A stretch of DNA of 64,000 nucleotides from Chrysomallon squamiferum (Eukaryota; Animalia; Mollusca). The position numbers were made by a program, and so were the translations under genes. Below, piece after piece: positions 50,001-60,829 of the stretch (positions are counted from its first letter, which is position 1; each line of letters begins with the position of its first letter). The stretch is from the NCBI GenBank assembly GCA_012295275.1, contig CM022679.1, positions 18,104,001 through 18,168,000 of the forward strand, in the 5' to 3' direction. The notes under the pieces were generated by a model. It did not search any database. It saw only the letters and a program-made list of their open reading frames with translations, and was not told the DNA's origin.

Positions 50001-52015
50001 CGCTCGCACTGCGAAACTTTCAATCGGATACACACGTAACAGACAGCATTGAATGCGTTCTGTTTTCAAGCAGGTCTTTAAACGCTGTTAAGGGTTAATC
50101 ATTACATCTGATTTCGATGAGGTAGTGCGTGTTTCTGTTTATTGAGAAGAGACGAACACACCTCGCAATCGCTCGCACTCCGAAACTTTCAATCGTATGC
50201 ACACGTAACAGACAGCATTGAATGCGTTCTGTTTTCAACCAGCTCTTTAAACGCTGTTAAGGGTTAATCATTACATCTGATTTCCATGATGTTGTGCGTG
50301 ATTGTGTTTATTCAGAAGAGAAGAACACACCTCGCAACCGCTCGCACTCCGAAACTTCCAATCGTATGCACACGTAACAGACAGCATTGAATGCGTTCAG
50401 TTCTCAACCAGCTGTTTAAACCCTGTTAAGGGTTAATCATTACCGATTTCTGATTTCCATGATGTTGTGCGTGATTCTGTTTATTGACAAGAGACGAACA
50501 CACGTCGGAGCCGCTCGCACTCCGAAACTTCCAATCGTATGCACACGTAACAGACAGCATTGAATGCGTTCTGTTCTCAACCAGCTGTTTAAACCCTGTT
50601 AAGGGTTAATCATTAGATCTGATTTCCATGAGATAGTGCGTGTTTCTGTTTATTGAGAAGAGACGAACACACCTCGCAATCGCTCGCACTCCGAAACTTC
50701 CAATCGTATGCACACGTAACAGACAGCATTGAATGCGTTCTGTTCTCAACCAGCTGTTTAAACCCTGTTAAGGGTTAATCATTACCTCTGATTTCCATGA
50801 TGTTGTGCGTGATTCTGTTTATTGAGAAGAGACGAACACACGTCGGAGCCGCTCGCACTGCGAAACTTTCAATCGGATTCACACATAACAGACAGCATTG
50901 AATGCGTTCTGGTTTCAAGCAGGTCTTTAAACGCTATTAAGGGTTAATCATTACATCTGATTTCGATGAGGTAGTGCGTGTTTCTGTTTATTGAGAAGAG
51001 ACGAACACACCTCGCAATCGCTCGCACTCCGAAACTTCCAATCGTATGCACACGTAACAGACAGCATTGAATGCGTTCTGTTTTCAACCAGGTCTTTAAA
51101 CGCTGTTAAGGGTTAATCATTACATCTGATTTCCATGATGTTGTGCGTGATTCTGTTTATTGAGAAGAGACGAACACACCTCGCAACCGCTCGCACTCCG
51201 AAACTTCCAATCGTATGCACACGTAACAGACAGCATTGAATGCGTTCTGTTCTCAACCAGCTGTTTAAACCCTGTTAAGGGTTAATCATTACATCTGATT
51301 TCCATGATGTTGTGCGTGTTTGCGTGATTCTGTTTATTGAGAAGAGACGAACACACGTCGGAGCCGCTCGCACTCCGAAACTTTCAATCGGATACACACA
51401 TAACAGACAGCATTGAATGCGTTCTGTTCTCAACCAGCTGTTTAAACCCTGTTAAGGGTTAATCATTACATCTGATTTCCATGATGTTGTGCGTGATTCT
51501 GTTTATTGAGAAGAGACGAACACACGTCGGAGCCGCTCGCACTCCGAAACTTTCAATCGGATACACACATAACAGACAGCATTGAATGCGTTCAGTTCTC
51601 AACCATCTCTTTAAACGCTGTTAAGAATTAGTCATTACATCTGATTTCGATGAGGTAGTGCGTGTTTCCGTTTATTGTGATGAGACGAACACACCTCGCA
51701 ACCGCTCGGACTCCGAAACTTTCAATGTTATACCCACGTAACAGACAGCATTGAATGCGTTCTGTTTTCAAGCAGGTCTTTAAACGCTGTTAAGGGTTAA
51801 TCATTACATCTGATTTCCATGATGCTGTGCTTGATACTGTTTATTGAGATGAGACGAACACACCTCGCAACAGCTCGCACTCCGAAACTTTCAATCTTAT
51901 ACACACATAACAGACAGCATCGAATGCGTTCTGTCTTCAAGCTGCTCTTTCAACGCTGTTCATGGATAATCTCATTTAAGTGATTTGGTGCGTGTGTGTT
52001 TTTTGACAAGAGACG
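20074..52015 (+). repeat. 169-bp satellite DNA array, ~189 head-to-tail monomers
   Basis: Consensus aagggttaatcattacatctgatttccatgatgttgtgcgtgattctgtttattgagaagagacgaacacacctcgcaaccgctcgcactccgaaactttcaatcgtatgcacacgtaacagacagcattgaatgcgttcagttctcaaccagctctttaaacgctgtt (169 nt). Period checked at 28381->28550 and 29901->30070. No ORFs in the supplied track across the array. Confidence 0.98.
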
Positions 52016-53046
52016 AAATGAGATCTAATTATTATCCATAAACAGCGATGAAAGAGCTACTTGAGGACAGAACGGACCCGATTGAGTGTTTCATACAGCG
52101 AGCGGTTGCGAGAGGTATTCGTCTCTTGTCAATAAACACACACACACACCACATCACTTAAATGAGATCTAATGATTAACCATTAACAGCGATGAAAGAG
52201 CTGCTTGAGGACAGAACTCATTTGATGCTGTCTGTTATGCTTGCACACGATTGAGTGTTTCGTGCACGGATCGGTTGCGACAGGTATTCGTCTCCTGTCA
52301 ATAAACACACACACGCACCATATCGTCTAAATGAGATCCACAGATTATTCATTAACAGCGTTGAAAGAGCTGCTTGAGAACAGAACGCATTCAATGCTGT
52401 GTCTTAAGACTGCATACGATTGAAAGTTTCGGAGTGCGAGCGGTTGCGAGAACTAGCCGTCTCTTGTTAATAAAAACACACACGCACCACATCACTTAAA
52501 TGAGATGTAATGATTATCCATTAACAGTGTTGAAAGAACTGCTTGAGGACAGAACGCATTCGATGCTGTCTGTTATGTGTGCACACGATTGAATGTTTCG
52601 TACAGCGAGCTGTTGCGAGAGGTATTCGTCTCTTGTCAATAAACACACACACGCACCATATCAATTAAATGAGTTCTAATGATTATCCATTAACAGCGAT
52701 GAAAGACCTGCTTGAGAACAGAACGCACTCACTGCTGTGTGTTACGACTGCATACAATTGAAAGTTTCGGAGTGCGCGCGGTTGCGAGAGGTATTCGTCT
52801 CTTGTCAATAAACACACACACGCACCACAGCACTAAAATCAGATCTAATGATTATCCATTAACAGCGACGAAAGAGCTGGTTGAGAACAGAACGCATTCG
52901 ATGCTGTGTCTCATAACTGCATACGATTGAAAGTTTCGGAGTGCGAGTGGTTTCGACAAGTATCCGTCTCTTCTCAAATAACACACACACGCACCACATT
53001 ACTTAAATGAGATCTAATGATTATCCATTAACAGCGTTGAAAGAGC
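52016..53046 (-). repeat. Inverted block of ~6 'edge-type' 169-bp monomers
   Basis: Reverse-complement monomers (aatgagatctaatgattatccattaacagcg..., tttcggagtgcgagcggttgcg) carrying the same diagnostic variants as 20074-21090. Confidence 0.93.
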
Positions 53047-53118
53047 TCGCACTCCGAAACTTTCGATACTATGCAGTCGTAACAAACAGCATTGAATGCG
53101 TTCTGTTCTGAAGCAGCT
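53045..53118 (+). repeat. Terminal partial 169-bp monomer in forward orientation
   Basis: gctcgcactccgaaactttcgatactatgcagtcgtaacaaacagcattgaatgcgttctgttctgaagcagct, followed by host-repeat sequence. Confidence 0.85.
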
Positions 53119-54033
53119 GGAACTGATCTTCGAAACCACATCTAAATGTTAGTGTGCTTAACATCCTCGAAAGAAAACGTTCAGAACAGAATGAATTGTG
53201 CATCTGGCTCACATCTAGGAAAGACGGATAGAGGATACGTTGGTATATAAGTTGCCAAGGTTCGACTTCGATTGTCGCATTCAAGACGTGCATTCCGTTA
53301 TTCAAATCCACGTCTTTTACGAGCTGCAACTGTTGCTGTCAGTGCGCTGCGTCCGAAGACACACAACAACGTTGAGCAGAGACTGCGAAACAAGAAGAAT
53401 GCACTTTTTTGCTTTTCACTTTACTAGTCCTAAAACAGCAGTCACGATCGCCTGCGTTTGGAGTGTCCTAAGTGATTTCGAATCCAGAGAAGATGACTGC
53501 TTTGGTTTACAGGGTAGTACTCGTTAAACAGTTCAGACGATCTCCTGCATTCGAAGTGTGCTATCTACGATTTGTTTCTATGCGTTTTTGTCACATGGAT
53601 AATCATGCAATTAGTAGTCCAGTGATGACGAAGAAGATGGAGTGACATCGACCAACTTTGTACGAGCGTGTTTTTTTTTACAGCGAAAACACAAGAAATT
53701 CCCGTTCATGTGGAACTGATCTTCGAAACCACATCTAAATGTGAGTGTGCTTAACATCGTCGAAAGGAAACGTTCAGAACAGAACGAATTATGCATTTGG
53801 CTTACATCTAGGAAAGACGGATATAAGAGACGTTGGTATTTATCTTACCAAGTCTCGACTTGGATTGTCGCATTCAAGAATTGCATTGCGTTATTCAAAT
53901 CCACGTCTTTTACGAGCTACAACTGTTGCTCTCAGTGCGCTGCGTCCGAATACACACAACAACGTTGAGCAGAGACTGCGAAACAAGAAGAATGCACGTT
54001 TTTGCTTTTCAGTTTACCAGTCCTAAAACAAAC
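53119..54033 (+). repeat. Host repeat, right block (~597-bp period), same orientation as left block
   Basis: Resumes with ggaactgatcttcgaaaccacatctaaatg. ORFs at 53240, 53745 and 53833 are near-copies of those at 18752-19845. Confidence 0.9.
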
Positions 54034-54835
54034 AGCACACTCACATTTAGATGTAGTTTCCAAGATCAGTTCCAGCTCAAAGGGAATTTCTTGTGTTTTC
54101 GCTGTAAAAAAACACGCACGTAGAAACATGCTCGATGTGACTCCATCATCTTCGTCATCACTGGACTAGTAATTTGCATGGTTATCCATGTATGAAAAAC
54201 ACATAGAAACTAATCATAGATAGCACACTCCGAATGCAGGAGATCGTTCAAAGTATTTAACGAATAGTACACTGGAAACAAAAGCAGTCATTCTTCTCCG
54301 TATTCGCAATCTCTTAGGACTCTCCAAAAGTAGGCGATCGTGACTGCTGTTTGTTTTTGGACTAATAGAATTAAAAGCAAGAAAGTCAATTTTTCTTAGG
54401 TTTCGCAATCTGTGCTCAACGTTGTTATGTACCTTCGGACGCGGCCCACTAAGAGCAACAGTTGTAGCTCGTAAAAGACGAGGATTTGAATAACGCAACG
54501 CAAGTCTTGAATACGACAATCGAAGTCGAGACTTGTCAACTTAAGTAGCAACGTCTTGTATATCCGTCTTTCGTAGATGTGAGCCAGAAGCACATTTAGA
54601 TGTGGTTTCGAACACCAGTTCCAGGTGAACGGGAATTTCGTGTGTTTTCCCTGTAAAAAAACACGCACGTAGAAACGTGCTCGATGTCAGTCCATCATCT
54701 TCGTCATCACTGGTCTAGTAATTTCATCGTTATCCAGGTGAGAAAAATACATAGAGTCAAAACAGAAATGGCACACTACGAATGCAGGAGGTCGTTCTAA
54801 CATTTTAGATGTTTTTTAGATGTAAATCTTTGTTA
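54034..54835 (-). repeat. Inverted copy of host repeat
   Basis: agcacactcacatttagatgt... is the reverse complement of acatctaaatgtgagtgtgct. Minus-strand ORFs 54214-54519 and 54396-54668 share peptides (RYSNPRLLRATT, DCRIQDLRCVIQI) with the + strand copies. Confidence 0.88.
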
Positions 54836-55940
54836 AAGCGAAAACACAAGAAATTCACGTTCAGCTGGAACTGATCTTCGAAACCTCTTCTAAATGCACG
54901 TGTGCTTAATACCATCGAAAGTAGACGTTCAGAACAGAATGAATTATGCATCTGGCTGACAGGTACGAAAGACGGATACTGGAGACATTGGTATTTAAGT
55001 TCCAGAACAGGTTCAGAAGAGAACGAATATGTACGGAAGACCGATAGAGGAGACGTTTGTACGTAAGGTGGCAAGCATCAACTTCGATTGTGTGATTCAA
55101 GACAACCGTTGCATTAGTCCAATCCACGTCTTTTACGACCTAAAACTGTTTCTATCACTGCGCCGCGTACGAAGGCGGATAACAACCTTCAGCAGCGATT
55201 GCATTCGGAATGAGCTATGTATGTTTTGTTTACATGTGTTCTTTTTGCAGTGGATAACCATGCAATTGCTAGTCCAGTGATAACGAAGATGATGGAGTGA
55301 CGGGAAGAATGTTTCTACGAGAGTATTTCTTACAGCGAAAACACATGCAATTGCCTTTTGGCTGGAAATCCTGTTCGAAGACGATGCGGCAGGCCACGTC
55401 TAACAAAGAATGTGGCTAAAACCTTCGAGAGAAGAACTTCTGAACGGACGTCTATGAAAGACGAATGGGTGAGACGTTGCTATGTAAGGTGGCAAGCCTC
55501 AACTTCAATTGTGGCATTCAAGACATGCGTTGCGTTAATCCAATTTTTTATGAGCTACAATTGTTGTCCTCACAGCGCGTCGCTCGGAGGTAGATAAGAT
55601 CGTTCACCAGAGATTACTACAGAAGAATGCACTCCTTTTCTTTCCAGGGTACCGGTCCTTAAACAAACAGCACGCACAATCTCCTGCATTCGGAATGTGC
55701 TCACTGTCTTTTGTTTTTATGTGTCCTTTCTCACAGTGAAGAATCATGTAATTGATCTTCCACTGATAAAGAAGATGATGAACTGACGGCGAGAAGTTTC
55801 TTCGTGCGTGTTTCTTACAGCGAAAACACATGAAACTCCGGTTTGGCTGGAACCTCTCTTCGAAGACGATGGTGCACGAAACTACGTCTAACAGTCAGTG
55901 TGCATAGCACCTTTGAAAGAGTGGCTTTAGATCCGAACGA
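54836..55940 (+). repeat. More diverged forward copies of host repeat
   Basis: Degenerate matches to cgaaaacacaagaaatt, cagaacagaatgaattatgcatctggct, ggataaccatgcaattgctagtccagtgat and ttttatgagctacaattgttg. Confidence 0.8.
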
Positions 55941-55959
55941 TTGAAACTTGTTACTCAGT

Positions 55960-57960
55960 ACTGACTTCAGTTGTGCCTACATTCACCACTGTGACTGTAT
56001 CAGTATTGTCTCCTATTGCACCAACAATGACCTCTTTTAATGGTCACTGTACGATGGTCACAGTGTTGACATCTATTACATCTATGACATCTATTACCTA
56101 CAATTGTCACTAAAATTGTCACACGCATTGATTTTTATTCTATCCTATTATCACATCTACAATATTTCCAGTATTAACTTCTTTTTCCACAAACGATGTC
56201 CTCTATAATGCTGTCGATACTGACTTCCGTTATATGTACATTAAGCACTATGATGAACAATGTATTGTCTACTTTACACCAACCCGTTGATGGTCTCTCT
56301 ATGATGTCACAGTATTGACTTTTGTTCTACTTTTATAATGTTTTCAGTTTCGACTTTTATTCTACTTGAATGATATGTATAGGGGTCTCAGTTCTGACTT
56401 CTGTTCTGCCTACATTCACTACTATTGTGTCCTATTGCACCAAAAATGACCTCTTTTAATGGTCACAGTAGTCACTTCTATGACACCTACAATGATCACT
56501 AAAAATATCACAGATATTGACTTTTATTCTACTCTACCATAATATATCTATAATAGTCTCAGAACTGGCTTCTTTTCAACAAACATGCTCTCAATATAAG
56601 AAGTTGGAATGCTTTAAGTTCTGAAGCCGATTTTTCGAAAGTGTTACGCGCTCACTATTTCATGTGGTTTAGCAGACCATGGACTTCCTTAGCGTCCGAA
56701 GAGGATTTCCGTATTTGTTCACTGTACGTTAGGCACATAAGAGACAGTACGATCTCAGAAAACGAGACAAGAAATAATCTTCCAGAGATAATTCAGATGT
56801 CGATGACATTGCTGAAAGCAAGACTTCTTAATGCAGAACAGTGGGATTTCTGGTTAACAAGTGGTACGCTCGAAACAAAAACAATGCATTCTTCTCCGGC
56901 ATCGCTGACTCAGCTAAAGGTTATGAGGTGCCGTTCTACAGGGTGCAACGGAAGTAACCACTGTACCTTACAAAAGACGTGCATTAGTATACAGCAACTT
57001 GAGTGTTACGGACGTGCAAGTGAAAGTGGGTCAGTATCTTTATACTGTATGAAAGACAGGTGCAGACATGAGACATAGGACAAAAGAAAGTGATCTTCCG
57101 GAGACAGTCAGATGTCGATGACATTGCCGAAAGCAAATGTCTTAATGCAGAACAGTGGAACTACTGTTTAACGGATAGTACGCTCGAAACAAAAACAGTG
57201 CAGTGGCACTGTATGATGGTCTTAGTATTGACTTCTTTTCTATTTCAATAACCATATAATAATAATATATGTTTACAGTTTCGATTTTTATTCTACCTAG
57301 AATAAAATAAGGGTCTCAGTATTGATTTCTGTTCTACCTCTATCGACCACTATAATTGCCACAGTGTTGTCTCCTGTTATACCAGCAATGACCACTTTAA
57401 TGGTCACTATATAATGGTCACTATATAATGGTGACTTCTATACTGGCCACAATAACGGTCACAGTTACTTTTATTATTATATCTACAATGAGCACTAAAA
57501 TTCCCGACAATGACGTGTATAAGAATCTCAATATTGACTTCTATTCTACCTACACTGACCGCTATAATTGTCTCCTATTATATCAGCAATTACTACTAAA
57601 ATTGTCAGAGGAAATGACCTTTATTCTATCCTACCATCACATCTATATTATTTTTAGTATTGACTTCTTTTCTACCATCAATGGCCACTGTAATATTTAC
57701 AGTGTCTACTTTTATTCTATCTACAATGCCGTGTATAATGTTCTCAGTATTGACTTCTATTGCACCTGCATTATAATTGTTACGGTATTGTCTCCTATTG
57801 CATCAACAATGACAACTTTAATAGTCACTATATGATGGTGACACTATTGACTTCTTATTCTACCTTCAATGGCCACTGTCATAATTACAGTGTCGACTTT
57901 TATTCTACCTACAGTGTCTTCTGTAATACTCTTAATATTACCTTCTTTCCTAACAGTGTG
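55960..57960 (+). repeat. Cryptic degenerate minisatellite (attgacttctattctacctac / aatggtcact modules) interrupted by an old inverted host-repeat copy at ~56620-57200
   Basis: Recurrent cagtattgacttc(t)tttctacc and aatgac..tttaatggtcact motifs. The same motifs occur inverted at ~59630-59930. Confidence 0.65.
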
Positions 57961-58700
57961 GGTAGACTCAAATAACAACTTTGAATGCGTTTCTTGCTGA
58001 AATTCTTCTATCGAAAATCGTACGCGCTCACTATTAAATGTGTCTTCGCGCAATATTGACTCTATTATCAGCAGAAAAGGAGTTTGCATGTATGTTCAAT
58101 GTAAGAAAGCCACAGACAGAGATATAAGAGTCATAGCTGAATCTGACAAGAAGACACGACTAAGATATCTTCCAGAGAAATTAAGAGCTCGGTGACCTTG
58201 ATAAAAAAAACCTGTCAATGCAAAAGGGTGTGGTTCCTGTTTAATGTTTACCACGCTGTAACAAAAACTGCATTCTTCTCTGACTTGCCAATCTCTGTTC
58301 AAAATTATAACCCACTCATTGGAAGGGCTCCGATTGCAACGACTGTAGCTCGTGAAAGACTGTTTTAATGACTAGCAAGCTCAAACAAAAACTGCATTCT
58401 TCTTCATCTTCGCAGTCTCTCCTGCTTCCCAATCTCGGTCGCTGACATGAAGCGTGCTCCAAGAGCAACAACTGCAACTCGTGAAAGGCGTCGATTAGAA
58501 TGCAGCAACGTATGACCTGAATGTAACGATCGAACTTGAGGCTTACGGACTTCCAGAGCAATGACTACTCGATTCGTTTTTCGTAAAAGTCAGTCAGTAT
58601 CTTTCAGTTGCGATTAGATTCAAATAACAACATTGAATGCGTTTCGTTCTGAAGCTCTACTCTTAATAGACCCTCACTATTAACTGTGTCTTCGCACACA
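57960..58700 (-). repeat. Old, diverged inverted host-repeat copy (family continues at ~60300-60830)
   Basis: caaaaactgcattcttcttcatcttcgcagtctct and gagcaacaactgcaactcgtgaaaggcg are reverse-complement matches to host agagactgcgaaacaagaagaatgcacgtttttg and cgtcttttacgagctacaactgttgct. Confidence 0.7.
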
Positions 58701-60300
58701 TGATAATACTGGTATTATTCATCGCAATAGCAGTATTATTAGTCACGATAATGCTTGTATTAGTGAAGGTAATTGGAGAGGTACTGGTGATATAATTACA
58801 CATCATAGTGCTGGCACTGGTGAAGGTAATAACAGGCGGTAGTGGTGGTATTAGACATGACAGGGCTGTCATTAGTGACTATAAGAGGAGCGGTGCCTGT
58901 AGGAAGATGGCGCTGGTATTAGTGATGTTAATAGGAGCCGTACTGGCGGTATTATTAAACATGATAGTGGTTGTATTAGTGAAGGTAAAAGGAGAGGTAC
59001 TGGTGGTATTATTAGAAACGATTGTGCTGGTATCAATTATGGTAATAGCAGCGCTACCGGTGGTTTTATTAGACAGGATTGTGCAAATATTATTGATGTT
59101 AATAGCTGTGGTACTGGTGGTATTATTAGATACAATAGTGCTGGTTATAGGGAAGGTAGTCGCAGTTTTACTGGTGGTATTAGTGATGGTAATAGCAGCG
59201 GTCCTGGTATTACTAATGCCAGCGATATTATGTCGAATAATATCGCTGGCATTAGTGAATGAAATAGCCGCGTTGCCGGTGGTATTATTAGACATGTTAG
59301 TGCAGGTGTTAGTGATGGTGTTAGTCGCGGTTCTGGTGCTATTATTAGTCAACATTGTGCAGGTATTAGTGATGGTAATGGCAGCTGTCCTAGTGCCATT
59401 ATTACTCGTGATATCGCTAGCATTAGGAAAGGTAGTACCAGTTTCATTAGACACGATATCACTGGAATTATTGATTGTAATAGCCACGTTACCAGTGGTA
59501 TTATTAAACACGATGACACGATAGTGGTGGCATTAGGGAAGGTAGTACTGGTGGCATTTCTAGGCATGACAGAGCTGTTCTTAGTTTATGTAATATAGGC
59601 TGTACCAGTGATATTATTAGAGATTAATGACCATCATACAGTGACCAATAAAGTAGTCATTGTTGGTGTAATAGGAGACAACACTTGATAGATAGAATAG
59701 AGGTGAATACTGAGACCCTTATACACGGTATTGTAGGTAGAATAAAAGTCGACACTGTAAATATTATAATGGTTATTGAAGTTAGAAAAAAATCAATAAT
59801 ATGACAATCATACATTAACCCTTTAATTGGTCATTGTTGGTGTAATAGGAGACAGTATTATGACATTTATAGTGGTCAGTGTAGGTAGAATAGTCATCAA
59901 TAGTGAGACCTTTATACACGTCATTGTAGGTAGTTACACATTATAGTGCTGGTAGCAATGATAGTAATAGCAGCCTTGCCGGTGGTATTCGTAGATATGG
60001 CAATGCTGGTAATAGTTGTGGTTAATGGCAGTAGTAACGGTTGTATTAATAAAGATGACTGTGCTAACAGTAGTGATGATAATGGTAACGGCGTCGGTGG
60101 TTTTAACGCACATGAAAGAGTTGATAATTTGATGGTACTTTTTGTGGTATTAATACACTTGATAGTGCTGAGAATAGTAATAGTAATAGCAGAGAGATCG
60201 GTGGTTTTCATAGTCATGGTAGTACTGGTAGTAATGATCATAATAGCTGCGGTTGTACTAATAAAGATGACTGTGCTGGGAATAGTGATGGCAATGACAG
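58700..60300. repeat. Degenerate ~57-bp (19-codon) minisatellite giving open frames on both strands
   Basis: Recurrent ggtggtattattagacacgatagtgctggcattagtga. 19-aa periodicity is visible in ORF 58808-59524 (VVLLETIVLVSIMVIAALP / VVLLDRIVQILLMLIAVVL) and in antisense ORF 58879-59511 (Thr/Asn-rich). Confidence 0.75.
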
Positions 60301-60829
60301 CGGCATCCAAAGATATTCAGAGGTCTGTGACGTTGCTGAATGCACAGTAGGATTGCTGTTTTGCGAAGAATAATCTTGAAACAAACTCGTTACATTCTTC
60401 TCCGTCTTCGCAATCTCTGTTAACAGTTATAAGATGTAAACGTGCTGCGACTGTATCAACTGCAGGTTGTTAAAGACGTGTATTATAATGCAGCAACGAA
60501 TGTGCTGAATACCGCAATGGAACTGGAGTGTTAGGGACTAGATTCGTATTTCTTAAGTGTGCATTTCATTCTGTAGCTGCTCTTTCGAAGGTATTACGCG
60601 CTCACTATTAAATGTAGCTTCACACACCATCGTCTTCTTCATCAGTTGAAGAGGAGTTTCATATTTTTTCACTGTAAGAAAGATACATACAGACAGATAC
60701 AAGAGACAGAGCACACTCAGAAATCAGGAAACGCGAAAGTAAGTTATCATCCAAAGACATTCAGAGGTCGATGACGTTGTTAAAAGCAAGGCGTCTAAAT
60801 GTAGAAGATCGGGTTAACGACAAGTACAC

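Noticed and set aside
21091-51800. Telomeric repeat (ttaagggttaa resembles TTAGGG) or piggyBac ends (TTAA-CCCT...AGGG-TTAA)
   Set aside because: One imperfect copy per monomer, derived from ttaatggataa in edge monomers; no tandem TTAGGG and no element body between the putative ends.
20074-52015. CRISPR-like array (conserved blocks alternating with variable blocks)
   Set aside because: The variable parts are point variants of one 169-bp unit, not unique spacers; the context is eukaryotic and there are no cas genes.
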